Notes under the pieces: generated by a model
The model's input: only the letters and a program-made list of their open reading frames with translations
Told to the model about the DNA's origin: nothing
The model's database searches: none
Source: Octopus sinensis
Taxonomy: Eukaryota
Direction of reading: 5' to 3'
DNA length: 64,000 bases
Assembly (NCBI RefSeq): GCF_006345805.1
Contig: NC_043017.1
Coordinates: 19,096,001-19,160,000, forward strand
Shown here: positions 50,421 to 62,949 of the stretch, piece after piece
Numbering within the stretch: the first letter of the stretch is position 1
Layout of the letters: each line of letters begins with the position of its first letter
Program-made: the position numbers and the translations under genes

Positions 50421-53400
50421 GGAAACCCTTTCTGGCTCCTTGTATTTGCAATCATACTCTGTCGGTCTTTATTCAACAATTATGGCCATAGGTGCAGGAG
50501 TGGTTGTGTGGTAAGAAGCTTACTTCCCAACCACATGGTTCCAAGTTCAGTCCCACTGCGTTGCACCTTTTCTACTATAGCCTTGGGCCGACCAAAGCCT
50601 TGTAAGTGGATTTGGTAGATGGAAACTGAAAGAAGCCTGTTGTATATATGTGTGTGTGTGTGTGTATGTATTTGTGTGTCTGTGTTTGTCCCCCAACCAT
50701 TACTTGACAACCGATACTGGTGTGTTTACATCCCTGTAACTTAGCAGTTCAGCAAAAGAGAATGATAGAATATGTACTAGGCTTACAAAGAATAAGTCCT
50801 GGGGCCAATTTATTCGACTAAGGGCGGTGCTCCAGCATGGCCACCGTCAAATGACTGAAACAAGTAAAAGAATAAAAGAATGAGCGAGGATAGTAGGCAT
50901 GAACACCAAATTGAAAATAGCAAGTTTGGCTTTTTTTGGCTGGTCGCATCAAATGCGGGAGCTGGTACATTGTTGTGAAACCCTTTTACATACACCTAAT
51001 TGAAGGACATATAAGATCTTGCTTATTTTAAAAGGGTCTGTGAATTTAGATGAGTTTTAGTCTGTATTCTTTGAGTTCTTAGATTCAGATTAATATGTTT
51101 TTGTTTTTGAATTGATGTATTAGCAAAATATCAAAGATTATTTTCAAATATATCGTATGAATTAAAAACATTAAATTGAAAATTTTTGGGAAAATTTTTG
51201 CAGAAGAAAATGTATCTTCTTTCAATTTTTAAAATTTCATGAAAAAAAAAAAAAATATAGAAAAAAATATAAGCTGAAATGATTCTTTCTACAAGTTATG
51301 TTCTTTGTAGGCTCACACATAACTGAAGCCCAACATAGACTTGGACAGAATTTGAATGAAGGTTGGAAGCCAAAAGCATGGTTTTTGAGAAGTTTTGCTA
51401 GATATGTAGTAATGGTTCTGAGTAGAAAACTAAGTAGAAATGTTGTTGTCTTCTCATTTATTATCCATATAGCCAAACACTTTTAATATCATTTTTTCTT
51501 TGGCTCTTTTCACCTGGTCATGTATAGACTGCTATCTTTTCATTGGCCCTTTTGACATGACTAAATATATAGACACTGCATGTAAGTAGGGAGATCAATA
51601 ATTCTTTCTAATTTTGGTACGTAGTCAGCAACTTTGAGAGCAAGGAGCAAGTAGATTGCATTGACGAGTTCTTTATTTTCTTGACCCAGAAAAGATGGAA
51701 AGTAAAGTCAGTCTCAGCAGCATTTGAACTGAGAATATAAAGAATCCGGGAAAATGTCACCAGGCATTTTGTCTGATTTGCTAACAATTCAGTCAGCTAA
51801 CTGCCTTAATGATCCTTCCTGCTATAGGCAGAAGGCCTGAAATTTTGGGGAGACGAGGCTAATTGATTGCATTGATCCAGTGCTCAACTGATACTTTTTT
51901 TCATCGATCCCAAAAGGATGAGAGTCAAAGTTTGCCTCAGAGGAATTTAAACTCTGAACATAAAGCCATGAAATGCTGCTAAGCATTTCGTCTGGCATGC
52001 TAATGATTCTGTCACTTTGTCACCTTTAGCTGCTTTAATAATAATAATAATGATAATAATAATGGATTCAAACACTGGTACATGGTTAGTAGTTTTGAAG
52101 TAGGGACCAAGTCAATTACTTTAACCCATTTGTTACCATATTTCTGTCGAGATGCTCTGTGTTTCTTTCAATTAATTTTAAATCATCATCATCATCATCG
52201 TTTAACGTCCGTTTTCCATGCTAGCATGGGTTGGACGGTTCAACTGGAGTCTGGGAAGCCAAAAGGCTGCACCAGGCCCAGTCTGATCTGGCAGTGTTTC
52301 TACAGCTGGATGCCCTTCCTAACGCCAACCACTCTGTGAGTGTCGTGGGTGCTTTTTACGTGACACCTGCACAGGTGCCAGACGAGGCTGGCAAATGGCC
52401 ACGATCGGATGGTGCTTTTTACGTGCCACCGGCACGGGGGCCAGATGAGGCTGGCAAAAACAACTTAGTTATTATTCAGCTAGTGTTAGGAACATAAATT
52501 GTGACTAAGGTTTGGTGGAAGATTTTGATTAAAAATTTTTGAAAACAAGACTTTTGTTCTACAGAGCCAGAGGTGGTTTCAGGTGGGTTGGTGTCAAAAG
52601 GGTTAAATGGTATTTCATCTTATCACTCCTGAAAGGATGAAAGGCAAAGTTGACCTTGAAGATATTTGAACTCACAACATAAAGAGCCAGAAGGAATGCT
52701 GCTTAGCATTTTGTCTGGTGCACCAGTAATTCTGCTAGCTCACCACCTTAATATGGGGACTAATAATCCTTACTACTATAGGTACAAAGCCTGAAATTTT
52801 GGGGGAGGGATTTAGTCAATTTCATTGATGCCAGTACTTGACTGGTATCTATTTCATAAACTCCAAAAAAATGATATGCGAAGTCAACCTTGGCAGAATT
52901 TGAACTCAGAATGTAAAGATGGATGAAACGCCACTAAGCATTTTGTCCAAGGTGCTAACGATTCTGCCAGCTTGCTGCCTTAATATAGAGATTAATAGAT
53001 TAATAATGATTTCAAATTTTAGTATACAGTCAACATATTTACGGGGGGGAGGGTAAGTTAATTCCAGTGATCCCTGTACTCAACTGGTATTTATTTTAGT
53101 GACCCCCAAAAAGCTGAAAGGCAAAGTCGACCACAGCAGAAAATGAACTCAGAACACGTTAAGAGAGGTGAAATGCCTCTAAGCATTTTGTCCAGGGTGC
53201 TAACGATTCTGCCAGCTTACCACTTTAATTATTAATGCCACAAATTTTGTGTGCAATTTTTTAATGTTACAACTTTTAACACAGTACGATAATTTGCATG
53301 ATAGTATGAAACAATTTTATAAATATATATATATATAGCCTAATGGTTGAGTGGTGGTGCTAGACTCATGATGGCAAGATTGTGGCTTCAATTCCTAGAC

Positions 53401-55058
53401 AGGGTGATGTGTAATGTTCTTGAGAAAAACACTTCATTTTACTAGGCAAAGTGGCTGAGTTCCTTTCGAGTGTTGGGCTACATGGAAGTAATAACTAAGA
53501 CCAGTAGCATCAAGCTGAGTAAAATCGCAGTCATGGCAGATACTGGTGTCATACAAGTTGGCACCTGTGCCGGTGGCATGTAAATGCACTCCGGTGTCAT
53601 GCAAGTGGCACTTGTGCCGGTGGCATGTAAAAGCCATCATTGCACTCCCAGAGCGGTTGGCGTTAGGAAGGGCATCCAGTGATAGAAAACCATGCCAAAT
53701 CAGACTGGAGTCTTGTGCAGCTTTCTAGTGTGCCATCCCAGTCAAACCGTCCAACCCATGCCAGCATGGATAACAGACATTAAATGATGATGATGATGAA
53801 TTCAGCTGTAAATGAGTAACCTTGCACTGGTCTTGTTCTGGGAAATGTTGTGATTTTAGTCACTTGTACATCATGAAAACTAGGCAACTGCCTTGATGAG
53901 TTGTAGGACTCAAAACGGTAATATCCAGGAACTGATGATGGGAAGTGAGAAAGAAAACTTGTTTGTCATGGTGTTTATGTGTTCTACATTTACAGGTAAA
54001 AAGCACTTATGTTGGTTCCACGTAAAAAGCACCTGTGCTGGTGTCACATATACATGCGCCTGTGCTCGTGCCATGTAAAGAGCACCCAGTCCACTCTGTG
54101 AAGGGGTTGGCATTAGGAAGGGCATCCAGCCATAGAAACTATGCCAAAGCAGACAAATGGCGTAGGAGCGGCTGTGTGGTAAGTAGCTTGCTTACCAACC
54201 ACATGGTCCCGGGTTTAGTCCCACTGCGTGACACCTTGGGCAAGTGTCTTCTACTATAGCCTCGGGCCAACCAAAGCCTTGTGAGTGGATTTGGTAGATG
54301 GAAACTGAAAGAAGCCCATCGTATATATGTATATATATGTATATGTGTGTGTATATGTTTGTGTGTCTGTGTTTGTCCCCCAACATCACCTGACAACTGA
54401 TGCTGGTGTGTTTACGTCCCCGTAACTTAGCAGTTCGGCCTAAGAGATTGATAGAATAAGTACTAAGCTTACAAAGAATAAGTCCTGGGGTCGATTTGCT
54501 CGACTAAAGGTGGTGCTCCAGCATGACCGCAGTCAAATGACTGAAACAAGTAAAAGAGAGTAAAGAGATTAACTGGATCCTGCTATAGCCTTCCAGCTTG
54601 CCAGTTCCTGTCAAATTGTCCAACCCTTGCCAGCATGGAAAACGGATGTTAAATGATGACAATATCAAAGGATCTAATGTAAGGATGGCCGCAGTCTGTA
54701 TGTAAGAAGAACCAATGATAAAATGACACTCAAAAGTGTCTGCTATATGGCATAACACCAAAAGAAGTACCAAAATGTAGTTAGATTAGGTTTGATTCTT
54801 GATTATTCAGCAGTTATATTCTTGAATTATTTCTGTTTGTTTAACGAAGCTTCTAGTGTTATGACTCTTACAGTGTTTTTCATTTTGCAATGATTTTTTT
54901 TTCCCTGTATTTTTCTATCACATGAAACTGCAACTTAGTCAAGCTTGTTCTAACTACTACACCATGTTGATAATCTCTATTTATCTATATTTTGTCCTGT
55001 CAGTCTATCAATATTGTTCAATACATATTTTATTTTATTTTTTAAATTTGTCTTTTCA

Positions 55059-55105
55059 GTTCTCCCGACTGACTTTGTTAAATGAACATTTTTCCGTGCT
55101 TTAGC
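55059..55105 (+). CDS. Candidate terminal exon of the plus-strand gene (FSRLTLLNEHFSVL* or xLPTDFVK*)
   Basis: Strong acceptor TTTAAATTTGTCTTTTCAG; AATAAA follows immediately after the stop. Frame undetermined. Confidence 0.25.
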
Positions 55106-55805
55106 AAATAAATAATAAATTAAAAAAAAAAAGCGCTTGTTGCTAATGGTATAGTATATCTGTCTGATGATTAGTTTAGTCCATCTTAACACTAGTCTGC
55201 TACCGCTGCTCAATCAGTGACTCACTTGCTTCCCTTTATCTTAGTCTGTAGCTATTTTTAAAGTTTACACCTCTAGAAATCCAGTTGCCTTTTAGTTGCT
55301 TATTTCAAATTTAATCTTAGACCCCTTTTGACAGAAAGATTAGTACTGTTATTATTATTATTGTTATTATTTTTTTTTTCTTCTTTTGTAATGGCATGAG
55401 TCCTCTTTTGCATGGTTCTCCATTGCTTTTCTAATCAAGAGTTGAATTGTAGGTTAGACTTTTGCTCTTCTGCACTCTCTGCTGAAAATTTACAAACTAT
55501 CTCTTCTTTTTATAAGTCACTTGTATTACTGTTCCTTTACTTTTTAGGTAAACATCATTTAGAAATCTGTATTTCTTCGTAGTAGATGTTTGTTAAAGAA
55601 AAAAAAGACAAAATCCAAAAAGTAATTCTAGTCAAATGAATTCATCAATCTAGCTAACTTGTTAACTAGAAAATGTTATGCCATTAAATTGATGACATCT
55701 ATTCCAGTCTTTGAATCATTGGCAGCAGGTATTGTATTTCACTGAATGACTGGGCTCATCTCTCACACAACGCATTATTTTTTCCAGCCGGGAGCTTTAA
55801 TACAA

Positions 55806-56199
55806 TTAGCAGTATCGCCCGGCGTTGCTCGGGTTTGTAAGGGAAATAACTATATAAGCATTTTTAGAGATGTAAAGTATAATAGCCATCTCAATATGGC
55901 TAACCACAAAGGGGGGGGCGTTACTGTAGCTTTTTACGTTCTGAGATTTAATAATATATTTTTAGAGAGTTACTTCCCTTATATATGACAAAAATGCATT
56001 AAAAATGGGGAAAATTGATGGTAAATTTTTTTTTAAATCGTAGACTCATCGTAGACACGCGCTAATACCCAGAAGGGCTCGATATGAATCATGACTGTAA
56101 GATACCCGGTTTTGGTTAAACTGCACCGCAAAATGTGGGAGTAGTTAGGAATCTAAATCGTAGGAGACAGACACACAACTTCACTTTTATATATAAAGA
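55806..56199 (-). mobile_element. Non-autonomous Helitron
   Basis: Same family; the 3' CTAG is mutated. Confidence 0.78.
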
Positions 56200-56276
56200 T
56201 TTTTCCATTTGGTTTTGTTTAAAATACATAATGTTAGAATTTGACTTGCAGGTTCTAGTTAAATCTTTTAGTTCAA

Positions 56277-56570
56277 TTGCCTACATATGGTATATTTACT
56301 ACAGTTGTCTAAATATGGTATCTTTACCATAATTGCCAACAGATGGTATGTTTACTACAATTGCTTACATATGGTATATTTACTACAGTTGTCTAAATAT
56401 GGTATCTTTACCACAATTGCCAACATATGGTATGTTTACTTCAATTGCCTACATATGGCATATTTACTGCAGCTGTATATATATTTACTAAAATTGCCTA
56501 CCTGTAGCATATTTACTACAGTTGCTTGCATATGGTATAATTTACTGCAATTACCTACATTTGGCATATT
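56277..56570 (+). repeat. 28-bp minisatellite with 84-bp three-unit higher order
   Basis: Units TTGCCTACATATGGTATATTTACTACAG / TTGTCTAAATATGGTATCTTTACCATAA / TTGCCAACAGATGGTATGTTTACTACAA in the order ABCABCA, then degenerate. Confidence 0.88.
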
Positions 56571-56890
56571 CATTGTGGATGGTACCCTTTTATTCTAGAA
56601 CCATCATTGGCTTCACATCCTTGTTTTTCTGATGGGTTCATGTTTTCTTTTTAGCCCAGGAATTGTGGATCTGGAATTTATAACTAGATGCCCATTAGTT
56701 TCTCAAACCTGCATCAAACTCATTTTTAGTGTCAATTCTCACTTGCTTTGCTAGAATATCATAGTCTGTAGGCACTAATACAGGTGTAATTACCATTTTT
56801 TTTTTGTTTTAGATCAGTTTAGTAAACTGTTTATTACAGAAGATAGTTGAAAAGGTATCTGTGGTAAAAAAAACAACTCTGATTGATATG

Positions 56891-57120
56891 TATTTCTTTA
56901 TTACCCACAAGGGGCTAAACATAGAGGGGACAAACAAGGACAGACATAGGTATTAAGTCAATTACATCGACCCCAATGCGAAACTGGTACTTTATTTATC
57001 GACCCCGAAAGGATGAAAGGCAAAGTCGACCTCGGCGGAATTTGAACTCAGAACGTAACGGCAGACGAAATATGGCTATGCATTTCGCCTGGCGTGCTAA
57101 CGTTTCTGCCAGCTCGTCTA
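56891..57120 (-). mobile_element. Young Nin-domain SINE with TSD
   Basis: 9-bp TSD ATTGATATG at 56882-56890 and 57121-57129. Confidence 0.88.
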
Positions 57121-58551
57121 ATTGATATGGAGGAGGGCACAGGCATGATTGTGTGGCTGAGAAGTTTGCCTCCCATTCATATCGTTTCAGATGAGTACTG
57201 GGGTCAGTGTAATGACTTGAGTACTCCTGAGTAGTCTTATATTCTTTTACTTGTTTCAGTCATGTGACTGCGACCATGCTGGAGCACTGCCTTTAGTCAA
57301 ATCAAATCGACCCCAGGACTTACTCTTTGTAATCCCAGTACTCATTCTATTGGTCTCTTTTGCCGAACCGCTAAGTTACAGGGATGTAAACACACCAGCA
57401 TCGGTTGTCATGCGATGTTGAGGGGACAAACACAGACACACAAACATATACACACACATACATATATATCTATATATATATATATATATATACGACGGGC
57501 TTCTTTCAGTTTCTGTCTCCCAAATCCACTCGACCCGAGGCTATAGTAGAAGACACTTGCCTAAGGTTCCATACAGTGGGACTGAACCCGGGACCATGTG
57601 GTTGGTAAGCAAGCTACTTACCACACAGCCACTCCTACTCCTATAATATGAATATAAAATTTAAAAAATGCACCCCTCTGTCAAGCCAGTGTGACAGAGC
57701 AGGCTCATCAAACCACTTAGAGCTCAAGCTCAAATTCATGGCCCCCACATTGGACTCTGGTTGGTGGGAGAACATACTGGGCAATCCAGTCCAATCCAGC
57801 ACTTACATTTACAACTGATCTTTTACTCATATCCATCACTTGACAGATTTACTATCTGTGAAAAACTGATGGAAAGTTCCAGATTTTTTTTGACCCAGAA
57901 TAGGGTTTCAATTTCTATATAAGACTGGCTTTAATGCTGCAATTATATAATGCTAGGTTTGACATGAACAACTGAATGTTGTTTGTTGGGTACAATTAGT
58001 GGGGGGGAAATGGGACTCACTCATTAACAGAAGTAAATGAAATTAGCTGATTTCACACAGTCTTAACCCTTTTGCACAGTGGTTCCCAACTATTCTTCAC
58101 CCACAAGCTCCTTTGATTTGTATTTTTACTCTACTGGACCCTAATAAGCATTCAGTGTTTAAAAATGTCCCATTATATTTTTATATATTAATATTATTAG
58201 GAATTGTATAAAAAACAAAAAAAAATTGTTAAAATATTTTATGTCTAGGTGCAGGCATGGTTCTACGGTAAGAAGCTTGCTTCCCAACCACCTGGTTCTG
58301 GGTTCAGTCTGATTGTGTGGCACCTTGGGCAAGTGTCTTCTGTTTTAGCCTTGGTCAAAACCTTGTGAGTGGATTTGGTAGATGGAAACTGAAAGAAGCC
58401 TGATGTGTGTGTGTGTATATATATATCCTTCTATCTATATACACATATATATATATCCATCTATATATCTATATATCTACCCATTTATCCATCCATCCAT
58501 CTATCTATTTATCTATATATAATATTATATATTTATGTATGTATATATATA

Positions 58552-61500
58552 TCATCATCATCATCATCGTCGTTTTAACGTCGTTCTCCATGCTAGCATG
58601 GGTTGGACGGTTCGACCGGGGTTCTGGGAAGCCAGAAGGCTGCACCAGGCTCCAGTCTAATTTGGCAATGTTTCTACAGCTGGATGCCCTTCCTAACGCC
58701 AACCACTCCGTGAGTGTAGTGGGTGCTTTTAACGTGCCACCTGCACAGGTGCCAGGCGGGCTGGCAACGGCCACGGTCAGATTGGTGTATTTTATGTGCC
58801 ACCGGCACGGAAGCCAGTCGAGGCGGTGCTGGCATCGGCCACGAGTCGGATAGTGCTTTTTACGTACCACCAGACCAGGGATCCTGCTGGTTCAATTCGA
58901 TTTCGATTTCGCTTGCCCCAACATGTCTTCACAAGCAAAGGGGGTTGGCATGGGTGCCTGTCGTACGGTCGCATTGGAGTATTTTACGTGCCACGGCCCC
59001 GAGTCGGATAGTGCTTTTTACGTACCACCAGGCCAGGATCCTGGCTGGTTCAATTCGGTTTCGATTTCGATTTCGCTTGCCCCCACATGTCTTCGCAAGC
59101 ATGGGGGGTTGGGATGGGTGTCTGTCGTCGGATGAGGTTCTATATCGACTTCGCTTGCCTCAACCGGTCTTTGTGTCCAAGGGAGGAAAGGCATTCATAA
59201 GTGGGCTGGGCTCACTTGTCCTGCCTGGTCTTCTCACGTACAGAATATTTCCAAAGGTCTCGGTCTCTGGTCATTTCCTCAGTGAGGCCTAAAGTTCGAA
59301 GGTCGTGCTTCACCACCTCGTCCCAGGTTTTCCTGGGTCTACCTCTTCCACGGGTTCCCTCAACTGCTAGGGATTGGCACTTTCTCACACACCTATCTTC
59401 ATCCATTCTCGCCACATGACCATACCAGCGCAATCGTCTCTCTTGCACACCACAACTGATGCTTCTTAGGTACAACATTTCTCTCAAGGTGCTAACGCTC
59501 TGTCGAGTATGTACACTGACATTACACATCCATCGGAGCATACTGGCTTCATTCCTCACGAGCTTACGCATGTCCTCAGCAGTCACAGCCCATGTTTCGC
59601 TGCCATGTAGCATGGCTGTTCGTACACACGCATCATACAGTCTGCCTTTTACTCTGAGCGAGAGGCCTTTAGTCACCAGCAGAGGTAAGAGCTCCCTAAC
59701 TTTGCCCAGGCTATTCTTATTCTAGCAGTTACACTTTCAGCGCACCCCCCCCCACTACTGACTTGGTCACCTAGATAACGGAAGCTATCAACTACTTCTA
59801 GTTTTTCCCCCTGGAAAGTGACGGAAGTTGTTTTCTGCAGATTTTCGGAGGTTAATGCTCCCGAGCATCTGCCACATACAAAAACTATCTTCCCAGTTAG
59901 CCTACCTTTGACATTGCTGCACCTCTTATGTGTCCATAGCTTACACTGGGTACATCTTATAGAGTTTCTACCTACACCTTTTCTACAGATCGAGCAGGCC
60001 ATCTTCCTGAAGATATTTGTGGATTGTCTACCTTTCTACTTATTAGTACTTTGGTTTTAGCTAGGTTGACTCTAAGGCCCCTTGATTCTAAACCCTCCTT
60101 CCACACCTGGAACTTCTCCTCCAGTTCTGATAGTGACTCAGCAATAAGAGCAAGGTCGTCAGCGTAGAGGAGCTCCCAGGGACAGCCTGTCTTGAATTCC
60201 TCCGTAATTGCCTGGAGTACTATGATAAATAGGAGGGGGCTGAGTACTGAACCCTGGTGGACCCCAACCTCTACTTTGAATTCTTCTGTGTACATGTTGC
60301 CAACCCTAACCTTACTTACGGCATCTCTGTACATGGCTTGCACAGTCCTCACCAGCCATTCATCTATCCCTAGTTTTCCTCATTGACCACCAGATAAGGG
60401 ATCGGGGGACCCTATCAAAAGCTTTCTCCATGTCAACGAAAGCCAGGTACAGGGGCTTATCTTTGGCTAGGTATTTCTCCTGCAGCTGCCTTACCAGGAA
60501 TATAGCATCAGTGGTACTTTTTCCTGGCACGAACCCAACTGCATCTCATCTAAACTAACTCTCTCTCTAATTAGTTGGGCTATGACCCTCTCCGTAACCT
60601 TCATTACTTGATCCAACAGCTTGATACCTCTGTAATTATTTGTATCTAGGGCATCACCTTTACCTTTGTAGCAGTTGACTAGTATGCTGCTGCACCAGTC
60701 ATTGGGTATGACTCCTTCGTGTATCACCTGGTTGACTATACGGGTGACTAGGTTATAGCCGACACTGCCAGATATTTTGAGCATCTCTGCAGTAATTCCT
60801 GATGGGCCTGGGGCTTTCCCTGTCTTCATGCTTCTAATTGCCTTAGCTACCACGGAACTATCAACTCGGATAGCTGGTCCCTCTGTAGGGTCAACATTCG
60901 GCAGACTCTCTTTATCCCATTCATTTTCTCATTCAGTAACCTTTCATAGTGGCGTCTCCAAGCTTCTCTCTTTGCATCCTCATTTAGCGCAAGTGAACCA
61001 TCCTCCATGCGAACACATTTCTCTCCTACCACATCACGATTCTCTCTCACACACTGTCTTGCAACACGAAATACCTCAAGTCTTTCATCCTCACGGCGCA
61101 GGACATTGGCAATTTTCTCTTATCTGCTTCCCCTCTGGCTAGATAGACCTGTCTCCTAGCTTCCCTTCTGGCAGTCTGATACCCTTCCCTGCTACCACCG
61201 TTCTTCCAGGCCTTCCAAGCCTGTTTCTTTTGTCTAATAGCCCTGTCAACAATATTGTTCCACCACCACGTTATTTTGGGTCTTAAGGGGACTTTGCACC
61301 AGCCACAGATCTGGTCAGCGGCTTTCAGCAGGTTGTCCCTCAGAAACGTCCAGTTGTCTTCTACCCCATGTGTAGCTATACCCCCTTCCACTTCGTCAAA
61401 GGCTTCAAGTAACATATCTCTAAATCTCTGTCCATTCGCAGGGGCTTTAAGCTTCCAGACCCTTCTTCTCCATGTTGGTCGTCTTCTAGTCGCCCTCTTA

Positions 61501-62590
61501 GTCCTGATCCTAAAGTCACTAACTACCAGTCTATGTTGTGGGTGCATTCTTCGCCTGGGAAGGTTTTGGCATTTTTAAGCAGCCATCTTTCCCTTTTTCT
61601 GGCAAGGATGTAGTCGATTTGGCTAGTATGCCGGCCCGATCGGTAGGTGACCAGGTGGCTTGTTGGTTTCCTGAAGTTAGTGTTGCAGACCATAAGACTA
61701 TTCGCATCGCAGAACTCCAGCAGCCTGGTTCCCTCCTCGTTGCGGGAACCATAACCGTAGCCTCCATGTACGCCATGGAAGCCCCCAGCATGTCGTCCAA
61801 CATGCCCATTGAAATCACCAGCCACAAAGAGAAGGTCCCTGTCGTTCGTCGATGAGGTGGTCTGCAGTAGGGTGTCATAGAAACTGTCTTTCTGTCCATC
61901 GGGTAGCCCTGGCTGAGGGGCATAGGCCGATATAATGGTTGCTAATCTATTATGAAGCACTATTCTAATCTTAAGTATTCTGTCACTTACTCTGATTACC
62001 TCAATTACTCTATCTATCCATTTCTCAGCGATAATTATACCCACGCCACCAACCCCGTCAGTGTTCCCTGCCCAGAAAATCTTGTACCTGTGTCCTTGCC
62101 TGTGAGGACCCTAGCAGATCCTCCTCTCCACCTTATTTCTTGCATACAACATACATCAACACGTCTCCGTTCAAGCATCTCGACTATCTCGCCAGACCTA
62201 CCTTTCAATGTGCCAACGTTGAGGGTGCCTACCCTGAGGGTGTGGAGGTGTGGGCCTCTGAGACCCTGGGATGAGGGGCCGCAGTGTTCTGTACCTGAAA
62301 AGAAAGCTTGCATTTGCCAGATATCATACTGAGACTCTAGACTACAACCTGCATAAATTTCAAAGTTTTTGCGCTATATGATCACAATAAACCCTACATA
62401 GGGGTGCGGGGGGGGGGTCGAGAAAGATAGAAAACAGAACTTCCGGTTCTGGTAGAGGGTGGGACGGCGGGGTCACCTCCAAGGAACAACAGGTTTTAAG
62501 TTAATACGTAGGGAATTTTCTGCGACAGAAATTACTGAACATCTAGAATTCGGGGTTCGATAAAACATAATATAATAGGAGAGAGGGAGA
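58552..62590 (-). mobile_element. Full-length RTE-clade LINE (about 4.0 kb)
   Basis: 5' UTR, EN-RT ORF, repeat-bearing 3' UTR and (TGA)n tail. Candidate TSD TATGTATATATATA at 58538-58551 and 62591-62604 (low complexity). Confidence 0.9.
59212..62313 (-). CDS. RTE ORF: apurinic endonuclease plus reverse transcriptase with internal PHD-like finger (about 1035 aa; 8 frameshifts as assembled)
   Basis: TLNVGTL...MQE, SAYAPQ, GDFNGHVG, QIDYIL, P.HRLVVSDF, KAPGPSGI, NYRGIKLL, FVD.EKAFDRV, GVHQGSVLSP, YADD, FRYLG, LRWYGH in collinear frames. Confidence 0.9.
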
Positions 62591-62675
62591 TATGTATATA
62601 TATATAGTTATATATTATATATATAATATATATAGTATATATATTATATATGTATATAATATATATATATATTAT
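62591..62675. repeat. (TA)-rich tract
   Basis: Direct reading. Confidence 0.9.
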
Positions 62676-62918
62676 GTGAAATAGAAGATGAATAATCTTG
62701 TAGTAGATTAATCAAAAGTTTAACCGATACCTTAGTAGCAAAAATCACAGCAGTGAACAGCACGGTTGGAGGTACAACCATCTGGCTTGCAACCGTGCGT
62801 TGGTGCGGATAATTGAAATTAAAACATTATTGGTGAATTGAAGAAATGGAGCTGAACGCAGATTGAACAGAAATCGTTCTGCGTTCAGCTCCATTTCTTC
62901 AATTCACCAATAATGTTT

Positions 62919-62949
<31 letters not shown>

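Noticed and set aside
47590-51480. Further candidate exons near 47.6, 48.1 and 51.3 kb on either strand
   Set aside because: Both strands give plausible short frames; they cannot be discriminated without transcript or homology data.
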